Of a stretch of DNA of 64,000 nucleotides, positions 1-12,931 are shown in pieces. The notes beneath the pieces are model-generated. The model saw nothing but the letters and a program-made list of their open reading frames with translations, made no database searches and was not told the origin of the DNA. How positions within the stretch are numbered: the first letter of the stretch is position 1; every line of letters starts with the position of its first letter. The DNA is taken from positions 544,001-608,000 of the forward strand of contig CBDUPA010000001.1 of NCBI GenBank assembly GCA_965368975.1, in the 5' to 3' direction. Position numbers and translations under genes: made by a program. The DNA is from an uncultured bacterium. GTDB lineage: Bacteria; Acidobacteriota; Thermoanaerobaculia; Multivoradales; JAHZIX01.

Positions 1-222
1 GGAGACCTGGCAGTCGGGGCCGAAGCTGCCGATATTGCCCATCACCGCCTGATCCGTCGTGGTGCTGTTGACCGCGCCGTGCTCGCAACCAGGGAGCTTG
101 GGATTTATCTGCCAGTCTGCGTCGGTGAGCGAGACGATCAGCGTGTTGCAGGCGGCGCTGGCGATGATCGGGGTGATCAGGACCAGGGCGAGGACGAGCA
201 GGGACTTGCGGATGATGTTCAT
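1..222 (-). CDS. Secreted hypothetical protein, 5' part only (runs off the window start)
   Basis: Not in the ORF track. Manual translation from ATG 222 gives MNIIRKSLLVLALVLITPIIASAACNTLIVSLTDADWQINPKLPGCEHG..., open to position 1. Signal-peptide-like N-terminus; AGGAG RBS at 229-233. Confidence 0.7.
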   Translation of the reverse strand, partial: MNIIRKSLLVLALVLITPIIASAACNTLIVSLTDADWQINPKLPGCEHGAVNSTTTDQAVMGNIGSFGPDCQVS

Positions 223-410
223 GAGGATCTCCTCGGTTCGTGGTGTTCACGGGGGTGGGACGGTCGCGGCCTCGTGCCGCGCTCGGCTTCCAACCTCCGG
301 AACAGCCTGTTCTGCCCTGTTCCACAGCAAGCGGCCGGGAAAGGGATCATCTCCGGTCGAATTTTTTTCAGATGGTAGACTCTCGCGACGCCAACGACAG
401 GAGATGAGCC

Positions 411-2975
411 TTGAGCGACCCGGACATGGAGCGGGTACGGTGGCAGCGGGTCGAAGCACTTCTGGACCAAGTCTTGGAACTGGATGCGGATGCCGCAGCT
501 GCTTTCCTCGACGCCGAGTGCCGAGACGACGATCGGCTGCGGGCCGAAGTCGAGGCGCTGTTGTCGGCCGATGCCGCCGCAGGTGACTTTCTGCGGCAGC
601 CAGCGGCCGAACGCCTGAGGGAAAGGTCGGCAGCTGATCTCGAACCGTTCTTGCCAGACGACCGGTCGATGAGCTGGGCTGAGGAGCTGTCCGGTCGCCA
701 GCTGGGCCCCTACGAGGTGCTCCGCCGCATCGGCGAGGGCGGAATGGGAGTCGTGTACGAAGCTCGGGATCCGCGCCTCGAACGCAGCGTTGCGCTGAAG
801 GTACTGCCGTTTCGCGGCGCCACCGGCGGCGACGAGCAGCGAGCCCGGTTCCTGCGCGAAGCCAGGGCCGCGTCGGCGCTGGATCACCCCAATATCTGTA
901 CGCTCTATGACGTCGGTGAGACGCCGGACGGGCAGCTCTACCTGGTCATGGCCTACTATGCCGGTGAGACCTTGGCGGAGCGCCTGCGACGCGGCCCGGT
1001 GCCGGTGGACGAAGCCCTGTCGATCGCCATCGAACTGGCGCGCGGGCTGCAAGCCGCCCACGTCGCGGGGATCGTTCACCGGGACGTCAAGCCCGCGAAC
1101 GTGATGTTGACCCGGGAGGGAAGCGTCAAGATCTTGGATTTTGGCGTCGCCCGGATTACCGACAGCCCCGTCCTCACGCGTACGGGGGCCGCGGTAGGCA
1201 CGCCCGCCTACATGGCTCCCGAGCAAGCGCGCGGCGAACCCGTGACACCGAAGGTGGACGTCTGGGCCTGGGGCCTCATCCTCTACGAGATGCTGACTGG
1301 CACGCAGCCATTTCGTACCGATTCGCACAGCAGTACGCTGCTGGCGATTCAGCAGACCGAACCGGTCCCCCTGGAGCGGCTGTGTCCGAAGGTGAATCGG
1401 GCTGTGACGCTGGTCGTACGGCGGGCTCTGGCCAAGAAGCCGAAACAGCGTTACCTCGGCCTGCGGGACGCGCTGGCGGATCTGGGCGTCGAGCCGACAC
1501 CCACCCCGGTGCAGCACGTGCCGGCGGTGCGGGGCCCTGCTTGGCTGGGCGCGTGGAAGCGAACCCGGTCTGTTCGGCAGGGGGCGCTGGTGGTCGTCCT
1601 CGGTCTCGGGGTCACTGTGCTGGCCTGGTATCTGTGGACCTCGGGCCGCTCGGGTACGCACACACCCTTGCCATCAGGAGACGGCGCCGCCGCGACGGTG
1701 CTGGTGGAGGGAGGTCCTGACGGCTCACAGATCGGTGTCGACGGCGTGACGGCGCGCGAGTGGGAGCGACGAGGCGCCGAGGCTCTGCAAGGGTTCTGGC
1801 GCGTGGGGCAGGTAGACGCGGCCGTTGAAGCCTACCAGCGAGCCGTGGTCCTGGCACCGGAGCGGGCAGCGGCCCATTCCGGGCTGGCCCGTGCGCTGTG
1901 GCGTCGCTACCGAGCGAGCCGTGATCGGGCCTGGTTACTGCAGGCGGAGGCCAATGCTCGTCGCGCCGTCGAGCTCGACGAGCACCTGGCCGCCGGCTGG
2001 GTCAGCCTCGGTCTGGTGCAGTCGGCCCAAGGGCAGCGCGAGGAAGCCGCCGATATCTTCGCGCGGGTAGTGCGGATCGATCCGGCGAACGCGGACGCGC
2101 ACCGGGGGCTGGCCGATCTGGCGCGGCAAGCCGGAGACATCGAGGCTGCGATCACCGGTTTCCAGCGCGCCGTGGCGCTGCGGCCCGAGGACATGGAACT
2201 GCACAGTCTCTTCGGTGGCCTGTACTACCGCGTCGCTCGCTATGAGGACGCCGAGGCCGAGTTCCGTCGGGCTCTAGACTTGGATCCGGACGAGAACAGC
2301 AGCTACAAGAACCTGGCAGCCGCGCTGCACATGCAAGGACGCTATCCGGAAGCCGCTCAGACGTTGCAACAGGCTCTGGCTCTGGAACCCGAGGAAGAGG
2401 TCTATACCAACCTGGGCACCCTCTATTACTTCCAGGGCCTCTACCCGCAAGCACTGTCGGCATTCGAGAAGGCCGCCGAACTGACGCCGGGAGACGCGCG
2501 CGTCTGGGGCAACCTGGGCGATGCACGCCGGCGCCTGCCGGGGCAAGAAGCTCTCGCCCGCGAAGCGTTTCGCACCGGGCTCGAGATTCTGGCGGAGGAG
2601 ATGAAGGCGGGACCGAAAGAGTCGGGGCAGGCGACTGCAGAGGCCCCCTCTCAGCTGGCCCCTTCCCAGCTGGCACTCGCCGCCGAGTACAGCGCCAAGG
2701 CCGGGGACGTCGACCGCGCTCGCCAGTGGTTGGATCGACTGGATGCGGCAGCGACGGATGGACTGGCGGTCGAGGTGCACAGCCTGTTCAACGCAGTGCA
2801 GGCAGCCGAGGTCCTGGGCGACCGACAGCGGGCCCTGGACTACTTGCGACGCACCCTGGAGGCCGGATATCCACGCCACGAGGTGGCGGCGGAACCCGAC
2901 CTGGCGGCCCTGCGCCAAGATGCCCGCTATCGAGTGTTGCTGGCGCAGCTGGCGCCTGAACGCAGCTCGCGATAG
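411..2975 (+). CDS. Membrane Ser/Thr protein kinase with C-terminal TPR repeats
   Basis: GEGGMG, VALK, HRDVKPAN, DFG and YMAPE motifs; one TM segment (LVVVLGLGVTVLAWYLW); TPR repeats; N-terminal 'W.RVEALLDQVLEL' segment typical of ECF-partner kinases; TTG start with CAGGAG RBS. Confidence 0.93.
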   Translation: MSDPDMERVRWQRVEALLDQVLELDADAAAAFLDAECRDDDRLRAEVEALLSADAAAGDFLRQPAAERLRERSAADLEPFLPDDRSMSWAEELSGRQLGPYEVLRRIGEGGMGVVYEARDPRLERSVALKVLPFRGATGGDEQRARFLREARAASALDHPNICTLYDVGETPDGQLYLVMAYYAGETLAERLRRGPVPVDEALSIAIELARGLQAAHVAGIVHRDVKPANVMLTREGSVKILDFGVARITDSPVLTRTGAAVGTPAYMAPEQARGEPVTPKVDVWAWGLILYEMLTGTQPFRTDSHSSTLLAIQQTEPVPLERLCPKVNRAVTLVVRRALAKKPKQRYLGLRDALADLGVEPTPTPVQHVPAVRGPAWLGAWKRTRSVRQGALVVVLGLGVTVLAWYLWTSGRSGTHTPLPSGDGAAATVLVEGGPDGSQIGVDGVTAREWERRGAEALQGFWRVGQVDAAVEAYQRAVVLAPERAAAHSGLARALWRRYRASRDRAWLLQAEANARRAVELDEHLAAGWVSLGLVQSAQGQREEAADIFARVVRIDPANADAHRGLADLARQAGDIEAAITGFQRAVALRPEDMELHSLFGGLYYRVARYEDAEAEFRRALDLDPDENSSYKNLAAALHMQGRYPEAAQTLQQALALEPEEEVYTNLGTLYYFQGLYPQALSAFEKAAELTPGDARVWGNLGDARRRLPGQEALAREAFRTGLEILAEEMKAGPKESGQATAEAPSQLAPSQLALAAEYSAKAGDVDRARQWLDRLDAAATDGLAVEVHSLFNAVQAAEVLGDRQRALDYLRRTLEAGYPRHEVAAEPDLAALRQDARYRVLLAQLAPERSSR

Positions 2976-3535
2976 AGGAAGGCCCGTGCCTTGCGCCAGT
3001 CGCGCTTGACGGTCGGTGCAGAGACGTCCAGAACCGCGGCTGTCTCCTCGACCGTCAAGCCGCCGAAGTAGCGCAACTCGACCAGGCGTCCGAGGCGCTC
3101 GCTCACCTGGCTGAGCGCTTGTAGGGCACGATCCAGGGCCAGTACCTCGACGGCGCCGTCGTCGCCGCTCGGGGCCGCGTCCGCCGCCATCCACGCCTCG
3201 TCCAGCGTCACCGGCCGCTCGTCACCGCCGCGCTTCTGCGCCGTCCGGGAACGGGCGTAGTTGATCAAGATGTGCCGCATCGCGGTCGCCGCGACGGCCA
3301 GGAAGTGCCCGCGGTCGTTGAAGCTGGCTCGTTTCTGGTCTATCAGCTTCAGGTACGCCTCGTGCACCAATGCCGTCGTTTCCAGGGTCTGCCCGGGGCG
3401 TCGGCGGCGCAACTGCCCGTGCGCCAGGCGTTTGAGCTCGTCGTACACCAGCGGCAGGAGACGCTCGTACGCTTCGGCGGGATCGCGCTTGCGTGCATCG
3501 AGCAGAATGTCGGTGATGTCGGCAGAACTGGACAT
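2927..3535 (-). CDS. ECF RNA polymerase sigma factor (TIGR02999/ECF43-like)
   Basis: LVYDELKRLA, TLETTALVHEAYLKL, VELRYFGGLTVEETA and TVKRDW motifs. Confidence 0.93.
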   Translation of the reverse strand: MSSSADITDILLDARKRDPAEAYERLLPLVYDELKRLAHGQLRRRRPGQTLETTALVHEAYLKLIDQKRASFNDRGHFLAVAATAMRHILINYARSRTAQKRGGDERPVTLDEAWMAADAAPSGDDGAVEVLALDRALQALSQVSERLGRLVELRYFGGLTVEETAAVLDVSAPTVKRDWRKARAFLYRELRSGASCASNTR

Positions 3536-3643
3536 GCGGCTCCGCTATCAGAAGTTCGGTTCCAGGTGATCGCGACGAGTGTAGTGTTCGTTTTCCGATC
3601 GGGCAAGCCGAACCTGCTCGACGGAGCCCTGCTAGAGTGAAGC

Positions 3644-4387
3644 ATGCTTGCCAAGCCCATTCGCGGTTTCGCGACCACTCGCTGGAGTTTGGTGCTGGCC
3701 GCAGCGGAACCGGTCGCAGGAGACAGCGGCGACGTGCATGCCGAGCAGGCGTTGGCCGAGCTGTGCGAGCGCTACTGGTACCCGCTCTACGCCTACGTGC
3801 GCCGTCGTGGCTACAGCGTCGAGGACGCTCGCGACCTGACACAGGCCTTCTTCGCCCAGCTGCTCGAAAAGCGCAGCCTGCGCGCCGCTGATCCCGACCG
3901 TGGCCGGTTTCGGACTTTCCTGCTGGCTTCGCTGCAAAATTTCTTGGGCGGCACATGGCGCAAGGCGCAGGCGCTGAAGCGGGGCGGCGGGCTCCGGATG
4001 ATCGCCCTGGACTTCGACTCTGCCGAGCAGACCTACGGTCTCGAACCCTCGCGCGAGCTCAGTCCGGAGGAGGTGTACGAAAGACGCTGGGCGCTGAGCG
4101 TACTGGAGAGCGCCGTCCACGACCTGCGTCAGCGCTACGCCGCCGACGGCAAGGCGGAGCTGTTCGAGGCGCTGAAGACCTTTCTGGGAGGCGACGGCGA
4201 CGTGCCCCCCTATGCCGAACTCGCTCAGCAGCTGGGTCAGAGTGAAGGAGCGCTGCGTACCGCGCTGTCCCGGCTGCGCGCCCGCTGGCGCAAGCGCGTG
4301 CGCGAGCTGGTCGCCGATACGGTGCGCGAGCCAGCCGAGGTGCAGGACGAACTGCAGACCTTGATAGCCTCTGTCGCACACCAGTAG
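3644..4387 (+). CDS. ECF sigma-70 family factor (FATTRWSLVLAA type, kinase-associated)
   Basis: FATTRWSLVLAA, YWYPLYAYVRRRG, DARDLTQAFF, GRFRTFLL; C-terminal HTH (YAELAQQLGQSEGALRTALSRLR). Confidence 0.9.
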   Translation: MLAKPIRGFATTRWSLVLAAAEPVAGDSGDVHAEQALAELCERYWYPLYAYVRRRGYSVEDARDLTQAFFAQLLEKRSLRAADPDRGRFRTFLLASLQNFLGGTWRKAQALKRGGGLRMIALDFDSAEQTYGLEPSRELSPEEVYERRWALSVLESAVHDLRQRYAADGKAELFEALKTFLGGDGDVPPYAELAQQLGQSEGALRTALSRLRARWRKRVRELVADTVREPAEVQDELQTLIASVAHQ

Positions 4388-4470
4388 CGCGGCAGCACAG
4401 CTGTGGTCGGCGAGACCTGAACTCGTGGAGGCTGTAACCAGGGCGGCCGTACTGCATACACACCAGGCAA

Positions 4471-5979
4471 ATGAGCACGACAACGACTTGCCCCAACTGT
4501 CATTCTCCGCTACCGAGGGACGCCCCCGCGGGTGTCTGTCCGGCGTGCGCGCTACGGGCCGGTCTGCTCGGTGAAGCGTCAGCGGCCCTGCCGCCGACCC
4601 GAACTGCGTCTTCCTGGAGTCGAGGCGTACCGGATCCGGGGGCGACGCTACCCGCCGACGAACTCGCCCGCCGCTTGCCCGAGCTCGATGACTTCCAGCT
4701 CCTCGGCCGCGGTGGCATGGGTACCGTCTACCGAGCTGTCCACCGCAAACTGCAGCGACCGGTCGCGGTCAAGATCCTGGATGCGTCGCTGCAGGACCAC
4801 GCCGCCCTCGGTGCTGCCTTCAGCCAGCGCTTCACTCGCGAGGCACGAACGCTAGCTCGGCTCGACCATCCCAACGTCGTTCGCGTCTACGACTTCGGCC
4901 ACCGTTCCGGTCTCTTCTACCTGGTCATGGAACTGGTCGACGGAGTGGATCTGCGCCAGGTGATCCAGGGTGGCGGCCTCGAACCGGCTGAAGCGCTGGC
5001 GCTGATACCCCAGATCTGTGCGGCGCTCCAGTACGCTCACGATCAGGGCGTCGTGCATCGCGACATCAAGCCCGAGAACATCTTGGTCGACCGTCGGGGA
5101 ACCGTGAAGATCGCCGACTTCGGCCTGGCCAAGCTGCTCGGCAGCGCCGGTGAGACCGACGCGCGCCTGACACTGACGCGCCAGGTGATGGGGACGCCGC
5201 ACTACATGGCGCCCGAGCAGATCGAACACCCCGAGCAGGTCGACCACCGCGCCGATATCTTCGCGCTCGGGGTCGTCTTCTACGAACTGCTGACCGGAGA
5301 ACTGCCCGTCGGCCGCTTTCCGGTGCCGTCGCTCAAGGTCGAGATCGACGCGCGCGTCGACGAAGTGGTCCTGCGCACGCTGGAGAAGGAACCGAGCTTG
5401 CGCTACCAGCGCGCCAGCGACCTGAGCGATGACGTCGAGTCAGTTGCCAGCCGTGTCGAGGTCGTGGAGGACAGCTCGTCCACCCCGTCCGTCGCCCCCG
5501 CTTCTCGGGGTGCCGCCGGGTCCGCCGGAATCGACTTCGAATACCGCTCCGACAAGACGGTTTTCGGCCTGCCGCTCGTCCACATCGCTTTCAGTCGTGA
5601 CCCGTCGGGCACACGCATGCTCCTGGCCAGCGGCATCATCGCGATCGGCGACATGGCGATCGGCGGTGTCGCGATCGGTGGGTTCAGCCTCGGGATCCTC
5701 GCCGTCGGTGGCATCAGCGCTGGTCTGTTGAGCTTCGGCGGCCTTGCCGTCGCGTTGCTCTTTGCCATGGGCGGCTTGGCTGTTGGGGGCTTCGCCTTTG
5801 GCGGAATGACCATCGGAGCCCTAGCCGTTGGTGCCGTGGAGGTGGCTCTGTGGACGCTCGACGAGGCCGCCAGCTCCCGCGCCAAACTCTTTGCCTGGCT
5901 GCTCGGCTCCCTGGTTGTGACCACCGGTGCGTGGGCCGCGATCTATGCCTGGTTGCAGGCTGTACGTAAGCAGCGCTGA
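4471..5979 (+). CDS. Ser/Thr protein kinase with N-terminal Cys cluster and C-terminal Gly-rich membrane domain
   Basis: CPNC...CPAC; GRGGMG, HRDIKPEN, DFGLAK, YMAPE; EYRSDKTVFGLPLVHI followed by GGxAIG-type hydrophobic repeats. Confidence 0.92.
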   Translation: MSTTTTCPNCHSPLPRDAPAGVCPACALRAGLLGEASAALPPTRTASSWSRGVPDPGATLPADELARRLPELDDFQLLGRGGMGTVYRAVHRKLQRPVAVKILDASLQDHAALGAAFSQRFTREARTLARLDHPNVVRVYDFGHRSGLFYLVMELVDGVDLRQVIQGGGLEPAEALALIPQICAALQYAHDQGVVHRDIKPENILVDRRGTVKIADFGLAKLLGSAGETDARLTLTRQVMGTPHYMAPEQIEHPEQVDHRADIFALGVVFYELLTGELPVGRFPVPSLKVEIDARVDEVVLRTLEKEPSLRYQRASDLSDDVESVASRVEVVEDSSSTPSVAPASRGAAGSAGIDFEYRSDKTVFGLPLVHIAFSRDPSGTRMLLASGIIAIGDMAIGGVAIGGFSLGILAVGGISAGLLSFGGLAVALLFAMGGLAVGGFAFGGMTIGALAVGAVEVALWTLDEAASSRAKLFAWLLGSLVVTTGAWAAIYAWLQAVRKQR

Positions 5980-6033
5980 GAGAATCCTGCGAACCAGGTG
6001 TAACGCTCGGTGCTCGATCGCATAGCACCAAGT

Positions 6034-7305
6034 ATGAGACAACAACACACGCACCCTGACTCTCCAACTTCCACTCCCCCGAGGCCGATCTCAGGGGCGG
6101 CGCGAGTTCTCCCCTTCGATCACCTGCGCGCCTTCCTGATTCTGCTGGTCGTCGCGCATCACGCCATCCTCGCCTACGTTTCCTTTGCCCCGCAGCCCGA
6201 CGGTGATTGGGCAAATCCCCCGCAGCTCTGGCGCGCCTTCCCGGTCGTCGACACGGTGCGCGCGCAGGCGCTGGACATCCTGGTCCTATTCAACGACGTC
6301 GTGCTGATGGCCCTGCTCTTCCTGCTCGCCGGCCTCTTCACCTGGCGAGGTCTGCGGCACAAGGGCGCCGGCGGCTTCCTGCGCGGGCGCGTGCTGCGAC
6401 TCGGCCTGCCGTTCCTCGTCGGTGCCGGCCTGCTGGCTCCGCTGGCCTACGTTCCCGCCTACCTCCAGCATGGCGGTGATGCTTCCTTGGGAAGCTTCGT
6501 CGACGCTTGGCTCTCCCTCGGTGGCTGGCCTTCCGGTCCGGCATGGTTCCTCTGGCTGCTGCTCGCCTTCTCGGCACTCGCGGCCCTGAGCTATCGCCTC
6601 GCTCCGCACTGGGGCGACGCGCTCGGGCTTCGCTTGAGTCGCCTCGGAGACCGTCCCTGGACGTTCTTCGCCCTGCTCGTCGCGTCGTCCTCGCTGGTCT
6701 ATTTGCCAGTAGCCACCTGGGTCGATCCCAGTCATTGGTTCGAAGTCGGCCCCTTCGCTGCCCAGACCAGCCGCGTGCTCTTCTACGCTCTCTACTTCGT
6801 GTTTGGTATCGGACTTGGGGCGCATGGTTTGGGCGCTCGTGGCGTGACCCGAGGATTGCTCGCACCGCGCGGGCGCCTGGCACGGCAGTGGATCACCTGG
6901 CAAGTCGTGGCCTCCGTCGCTCTCGTCGCCCTGCTGATCGCCATCATCGTCATTATGGTCCAGGTCGGTAAGGACAACCTCCATCCCGCCATGCCGACCG
7001 TCGCGAACTTCGCCTTTACCGTCTCGTGCGCTGCGTCGAGCCTGATGCTGCTCTCGTTCTTCCTGCACCGCGCGGCCAAGCGTCCGGCTGATGAATCGAG
7101 TCACATGTGGCAGAGCCTGGGTCGCAACTCCTACGGCATCTACCTGGTGCACTACGTCTACGTCAACTGGCTGCTGCTGGGCGCGTTGCAGGTCGAGTTA
7201 CCGGCACTGGTCAAAGCGCTGGTGGTGTTGGTGGTCGCGGCTGGTCTGAGCTGGGGGACGTCCGCGTTGCTACGGCGGCTTCCAGGGGTAGCGCGGGTAG
7301 TATAG
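6034..7305 (+). CDS. Acyltransferase-3 family integral membrane protein (OpgC/MdoC-like)
   Basis: FDHLRAFLILLVVAHH, MALLFLLAG, RVLRLGLP, GPAWFL and SYGIYLVH motifs; many TM segments. Confidence 0.88.
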   Translation: MRQQHTHPDSPTSTPPRPISGAARVLPFDHLRAFLILLVVAHHAILAYVSFAPQPDGDWANPPQLWRAFPVVDTVRAQALDILVLFNDVVLMALLFLLAGLFTWRGLRHKGAGGFLRGRVLRLGLPFLVGAGLLAPLAYVPAYLQHGGDASLGSFVDAWLSLGGWPSGPAWFLWLLLAFSALAALSYRLAPHWGDALGLRLSRLGDRPWTFFALLVASSSLVYLPVATWVDPSHWFEVGPFAAQTSRVLFYALYFVFGIGLGAHGLGARGVTRGLLAPRGRLARQWITWQVVASVALVALLIAIIVIMVQVGKDNLHPAMPTVANFAFTVSCAASSLMLLSFFLHRAAKRPADESSHMWQSLGRNSYGIYLVHYVYVNWLLLGALQVELPALVKALVVLVVAAGLSWGTSALLRRLPGVARVV

Positions 7306-7430
7306 CGTCGGTTGGACAGCCAGTGAGATTCTCTTAGGCCGGTTCGGCTGGACTGCGCTTATAGGCTTGAGGAGGTGGCACGAGGTTGCCTCCCTGCTTC
7401 CCTTGCCTTGAACGTACAGGAGATCTCGTG

Positions 7431-9305
7431 ATGAAGAATAGACTTGGTTTGGCACTCCCATTGTCCGTGGCGCTCTGTCTCCTTGCCGGCAGCACGGCAG
7501 CACAGCCGGCTGCATCTGAGGCAACGTATTCTCGCGCCCTGATCCCCGATCCAGTCGCCCTGGCGTGTACTTCCAGGCCTACGGCCAGCGGTGCGCTGCA
7601 GCGACCCGAACCGCCGTACCTTCGCAATGACTTCGGGTATGTCCACTCCTCGACGCATTTCCAGGGCCGGCTGGCTGCGGTCAAGTGGACCGGAGGGCTG
7701 ATCCATACGCCGGTACTGGACACCTTGCTGTCGGAGTTCACCAGCGCCGTCGTGGTCAACAACCCGGACCCCGTGCAGTCTGTGACCATCCGCATCGAGT
7801 ACTTCGATCACCTCGGCAACGCAGTGGGTGGCCCGGTCTCGGCGGTGATCCCGCCGGAAGGCACGTTCGCCGATGGCGCGGACGAGTTGACGCTCGATGG
7901 CGGCCGCGGCTTCGGCTCGGCGCGTGTCACCGTCGAGGCCGGCCCGGGTATCGTCGGCGCGACCCTCGTGCACGGAGCCCGTATTACTGACGGCAACTTC
8001 GAAGTGAGGGATACCGACAGCCTGGTGAACGGTACCCCGGCTCCTGGAGCAGCGTCGATGCAGCAGCTGCAGCTGAAGGGCACCAACACGGAGCTCTGGT
8101 GGGGCCCTCTGCCCGTGAGCACGGTGAGCAATGTTGATTTCTTCAATGGCGAGGCCCCCATCTACACGGTCGTCAATCCGGACGACACGCAGAGCAATAC
8201 GTTGAGCATCGAGCTGAAGATCTTCAACCGTCTCACTGGCAACGTCTCGACGGTGGCCTGGCGCCAGGTCACCTTGCCGCCGCGCGGCTCGCTAACGGAC
8301 GTCAGCGGCACGCATCTGTTCGAGTTGGGGACCTCGCCCGATGGCCTGTGGAATGTGATCGGCAACTACACTGGTGCCGCCATCGACCAGGACTTCCTGC
8401 TCCACATCACCAGCCTGGACGGTCTACCGATCCTGGGCGATGGCATCATGACGGACTTCTACGGCCAGAACGCCTCGAGCAACCTGGTCCCGGGAGAGCG
8501 TTTTCGCATGGCGTCGACGATGCTGGCACGACGGCCGAAGAAGGAGCTGATCGCGCCGCATTTCAGCCACGACCCAGGCAGCGACGGCATCGTCAATACT
8601 CTGATCGGTATCACCAACGTTGGTACCCAGGACGCTGGCATCGTGACCATCGAGTACTTCAACGCCAACGGTTCGCGGCATGCAGTGCATGCCGTGGGAA
8701 GTCTGCCGTCCGGCGAGTCGCTGCGCATCGAACCGGGTGCCTTGGGCTATCCGGGCAACAAGTTCAATCCCTTCGGTTGGGTCCAGGTTTCCTCTTGCCA
8801 AGAGGGAGCCCAGCTCGTGGGCTGGGCGGTCCGGGAGATTCAGAACGTGAATCAGGGGACCAAGGGCTACCAGTTTCACAAAGCCTACGGGGAGCTGCTG
8901 ATCAACAACGGTGGTGCCGAGCCGGGACTGGGCTTTGCTCTCGACGGCGATACGCGCAAGGCGATCCCACTGCTGCGGGCGGTCCGGTTCGGTGATTACC
9001 CTGGCTACAGCACCTTCGTCAATGACTCGGTGCCGAACCTGGGTGTCTACAACTGGCGCTTCTTCGACTTCTCGGGCTTCGACTGCACATCGAGCTCGAG
9101 TTTCTCCGGGCTGCCGTTCGGCCATTCCTCTCTGACCTACGAGGATTCCCTGAGCAGCGGCTGCTCGAACGCCAAGAACATGAGCGGTCGCGTGGATCAT
9201 GCCAGCGGATCGATCTCGGGTGTCACCGTTCTCGGCGATCCGTTGGCGGAGTATGAGCTCGACGATGACGACGGCTTCGTCATCCCGTTGCCGCCCGGAC
9301 CGTAA
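7431..9305 (+). CDS. Secreted beta-rich hypothetical protein
   Basis: AGGAG RBS; signal peptide MKNRLGLALPLSVALCLLAGSTAA; repeated 'N....V/I.IEYF..G' modules; host-like codon usage. Confidence 0.75.
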   Translation: MKNRLGLALPLSVALCLLAGSTAAQPAASEATYSRALIPDPVALACTSRPTASGALQRPEPPYLRNDFGYVHSSTHFQGRLAAVKWTGGLIHTPVLDTLLSEFTSAVVVNNPDPVQSVTIRIEYFDHLGNAVGGPVSAVIPPEGTFADGADELTLDGGRGFGSARVTVEAGPGIVGATLVHGARITDGNFEVRDTDSLVNGTPAPGAASMQQLQLKGTNTELWWGPLPVSTVSNVDFFNGEAPIYTVVNPDDTQSNTLSIELKIFNRLTGNVSTVAWRQVTLPPRGSLTDVSGTHLFELGTSPDGLWNVIGNYTGAAIDQDFLLHITSLDGLPILGDGIMTDFYGQNASSNLVPGERFRMASTMLARRPKKELIAPHFSHDPGSDGIVNTLIGITNVGTQDAGIVTIEYFNANGSRHAVHAVGSLPSGESLRIEPGALGYPGNKFNPFGWVQVSSCQEGAQLVGWAVREIQNVNQGTKGYQFHKAYGELLINNGGAEPGLGFALDGDTRKAIPLLRAVRFGDYPGYSTFVNDSVPNLGVYNWRFFDFSGFDCTSSSSFSGLPFGHSSLTYEDSLSSGCSNAKNMSGRVDHASGSISGVTVLGDPLAEYELDDDDGFVIPLPPGP

Positions 9306-9313
9306 GCACCGCG

Positions 9314-11974
<2,661 letters not shown>

Positions 11975-11978
11975 CGGG

Positions 11979-12590
11979 TCAGCCGGCTGTTCCTCGGGGG
12001 TGAGGCTGTGATGCCTCCGGCGGGTGGGTCATGCGGGCGAACAGCCAGGTACGCGCCAACTGCGTGTCCAGGACGACGGTGGCTTTGGAGACCCCTAACA
12101 GCTCGGCCGTGTCGCGGACGTCGAGGCCGGCGAAAAAGCGCAGCTCGACGACGCGAGCCTTACGTGCATCGGCGTTACCGAGGTCGGTCAGTGCGCGATC
12201 GAGCGCCAGCAGTTCCACCACGGACTCTCCGGCGGGTGCTGCGGGCTCCTGAGTCAAGGCGATGGTCAAGCCGCCGCCACGTTTCTCGGTCCTGAAGCGC
12301 CGGGCATGATCGACCAAGACACGCCGCATGGTGCGGGCCATCACGGCGAAGAAGTGCTTGCGGTCTTGCCACTGCGGCTGGCTCGCCGCCAGCCTCAGAT
12401 ATGCCTCGTGAAGCAGGGCCGTCGGCTGCAGTGTGTGGTTGCGACGCTCGCCTGCCATGGCTCGCTGTGCCAACTGGTGAAGCTGGCGGTAGACCAGTGG
12501 CATGAGTTCCTGCAGCGCAGCCTCATTGCCCTGGTGCCATGCATCGAGCAAGTCGGTGATGTCTGTGCCATCAGAGTCGTGGAGAGGCAT
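11979..12590 (-). CDS. ECF sigma factor (TIGR02999/ECF43-like)
   Basis: ITDLLDAW, HTLQPTALLHEAY, VVELRFFAGL. ATG 12590 has a GGAG RBS; the ORF track alternatively starts at 12623. Confidence 0.92.
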   Translation of the reverse strand: MPLHDSDGTDITDLLDAWHQGNEAALQELMPLVYRQLHQLAQRAMAGERRNHTLQPTALLHEAYLRLAASQPQWQDRKHFFAVMARTMRRVLVDHARRFRTEKRGGGLTIALTQEPAAPAGESVVELLALDRALTDLGNADARKARVVELRFFAGLDVRDTAELLGVSKATVVLDTQLARTWLFARMTHPPEASQPHPRGTAG

Positions 12591-12744
12591 ACTGTGGTGC
12601 TCCCGAGCAGGGCTCGTCGACATGCGTCTAGATCGTTGAAGTCAACATAAGAGGGTAGGTTTCTCCCTGTCAAGAAACAGGTGGAGCGTGCCAAGAGCGG
12701 TGTTCCGCGGCAGCGAGGGCCAGGCCGGTTCGCGCCGTCACACC

Positions 12745-12894
12745 CACCATGCCATCCTCGCCACGTCTCGTTCGCCCCGCAACCCGCCCCGCAACCCGCC
12801 CGGCAACCCGACGGTGATTGGGCGAACCATCCGCAGCTCTGGCGCGCTTTCCCGGTCGCCGACGGCGCGCACAGGCGCGGCACGGCTGGTATAG
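12745..12894 (+). pseudogene. Internally deleted remnant of an acyltransferase-3 paralog
   Basis: Aligns to 6157-6252 (HHAILA.VSFAPQPDGDWAN.PQLWRAFPV.D), then jumps to a match of the gene end 7282-7305 (GAARLV* vs GVARVV*). Has a 1-nt deletion and a 12-bp triplication. Confidence 0.8.
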
Positions 12895-12931
12895 CATGGC
12901 GACACAAGCTCACAACCCAAGGAGAAGAACC

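Noticed and set aside
12745-12894. Diversity-generating retroelement template/variable repeat pair with 6157-6252
   Set aside because: Mismatches are mostly synonymous third-position changes rather than adenine-specific, and no reverse transcriptase is present in the window.
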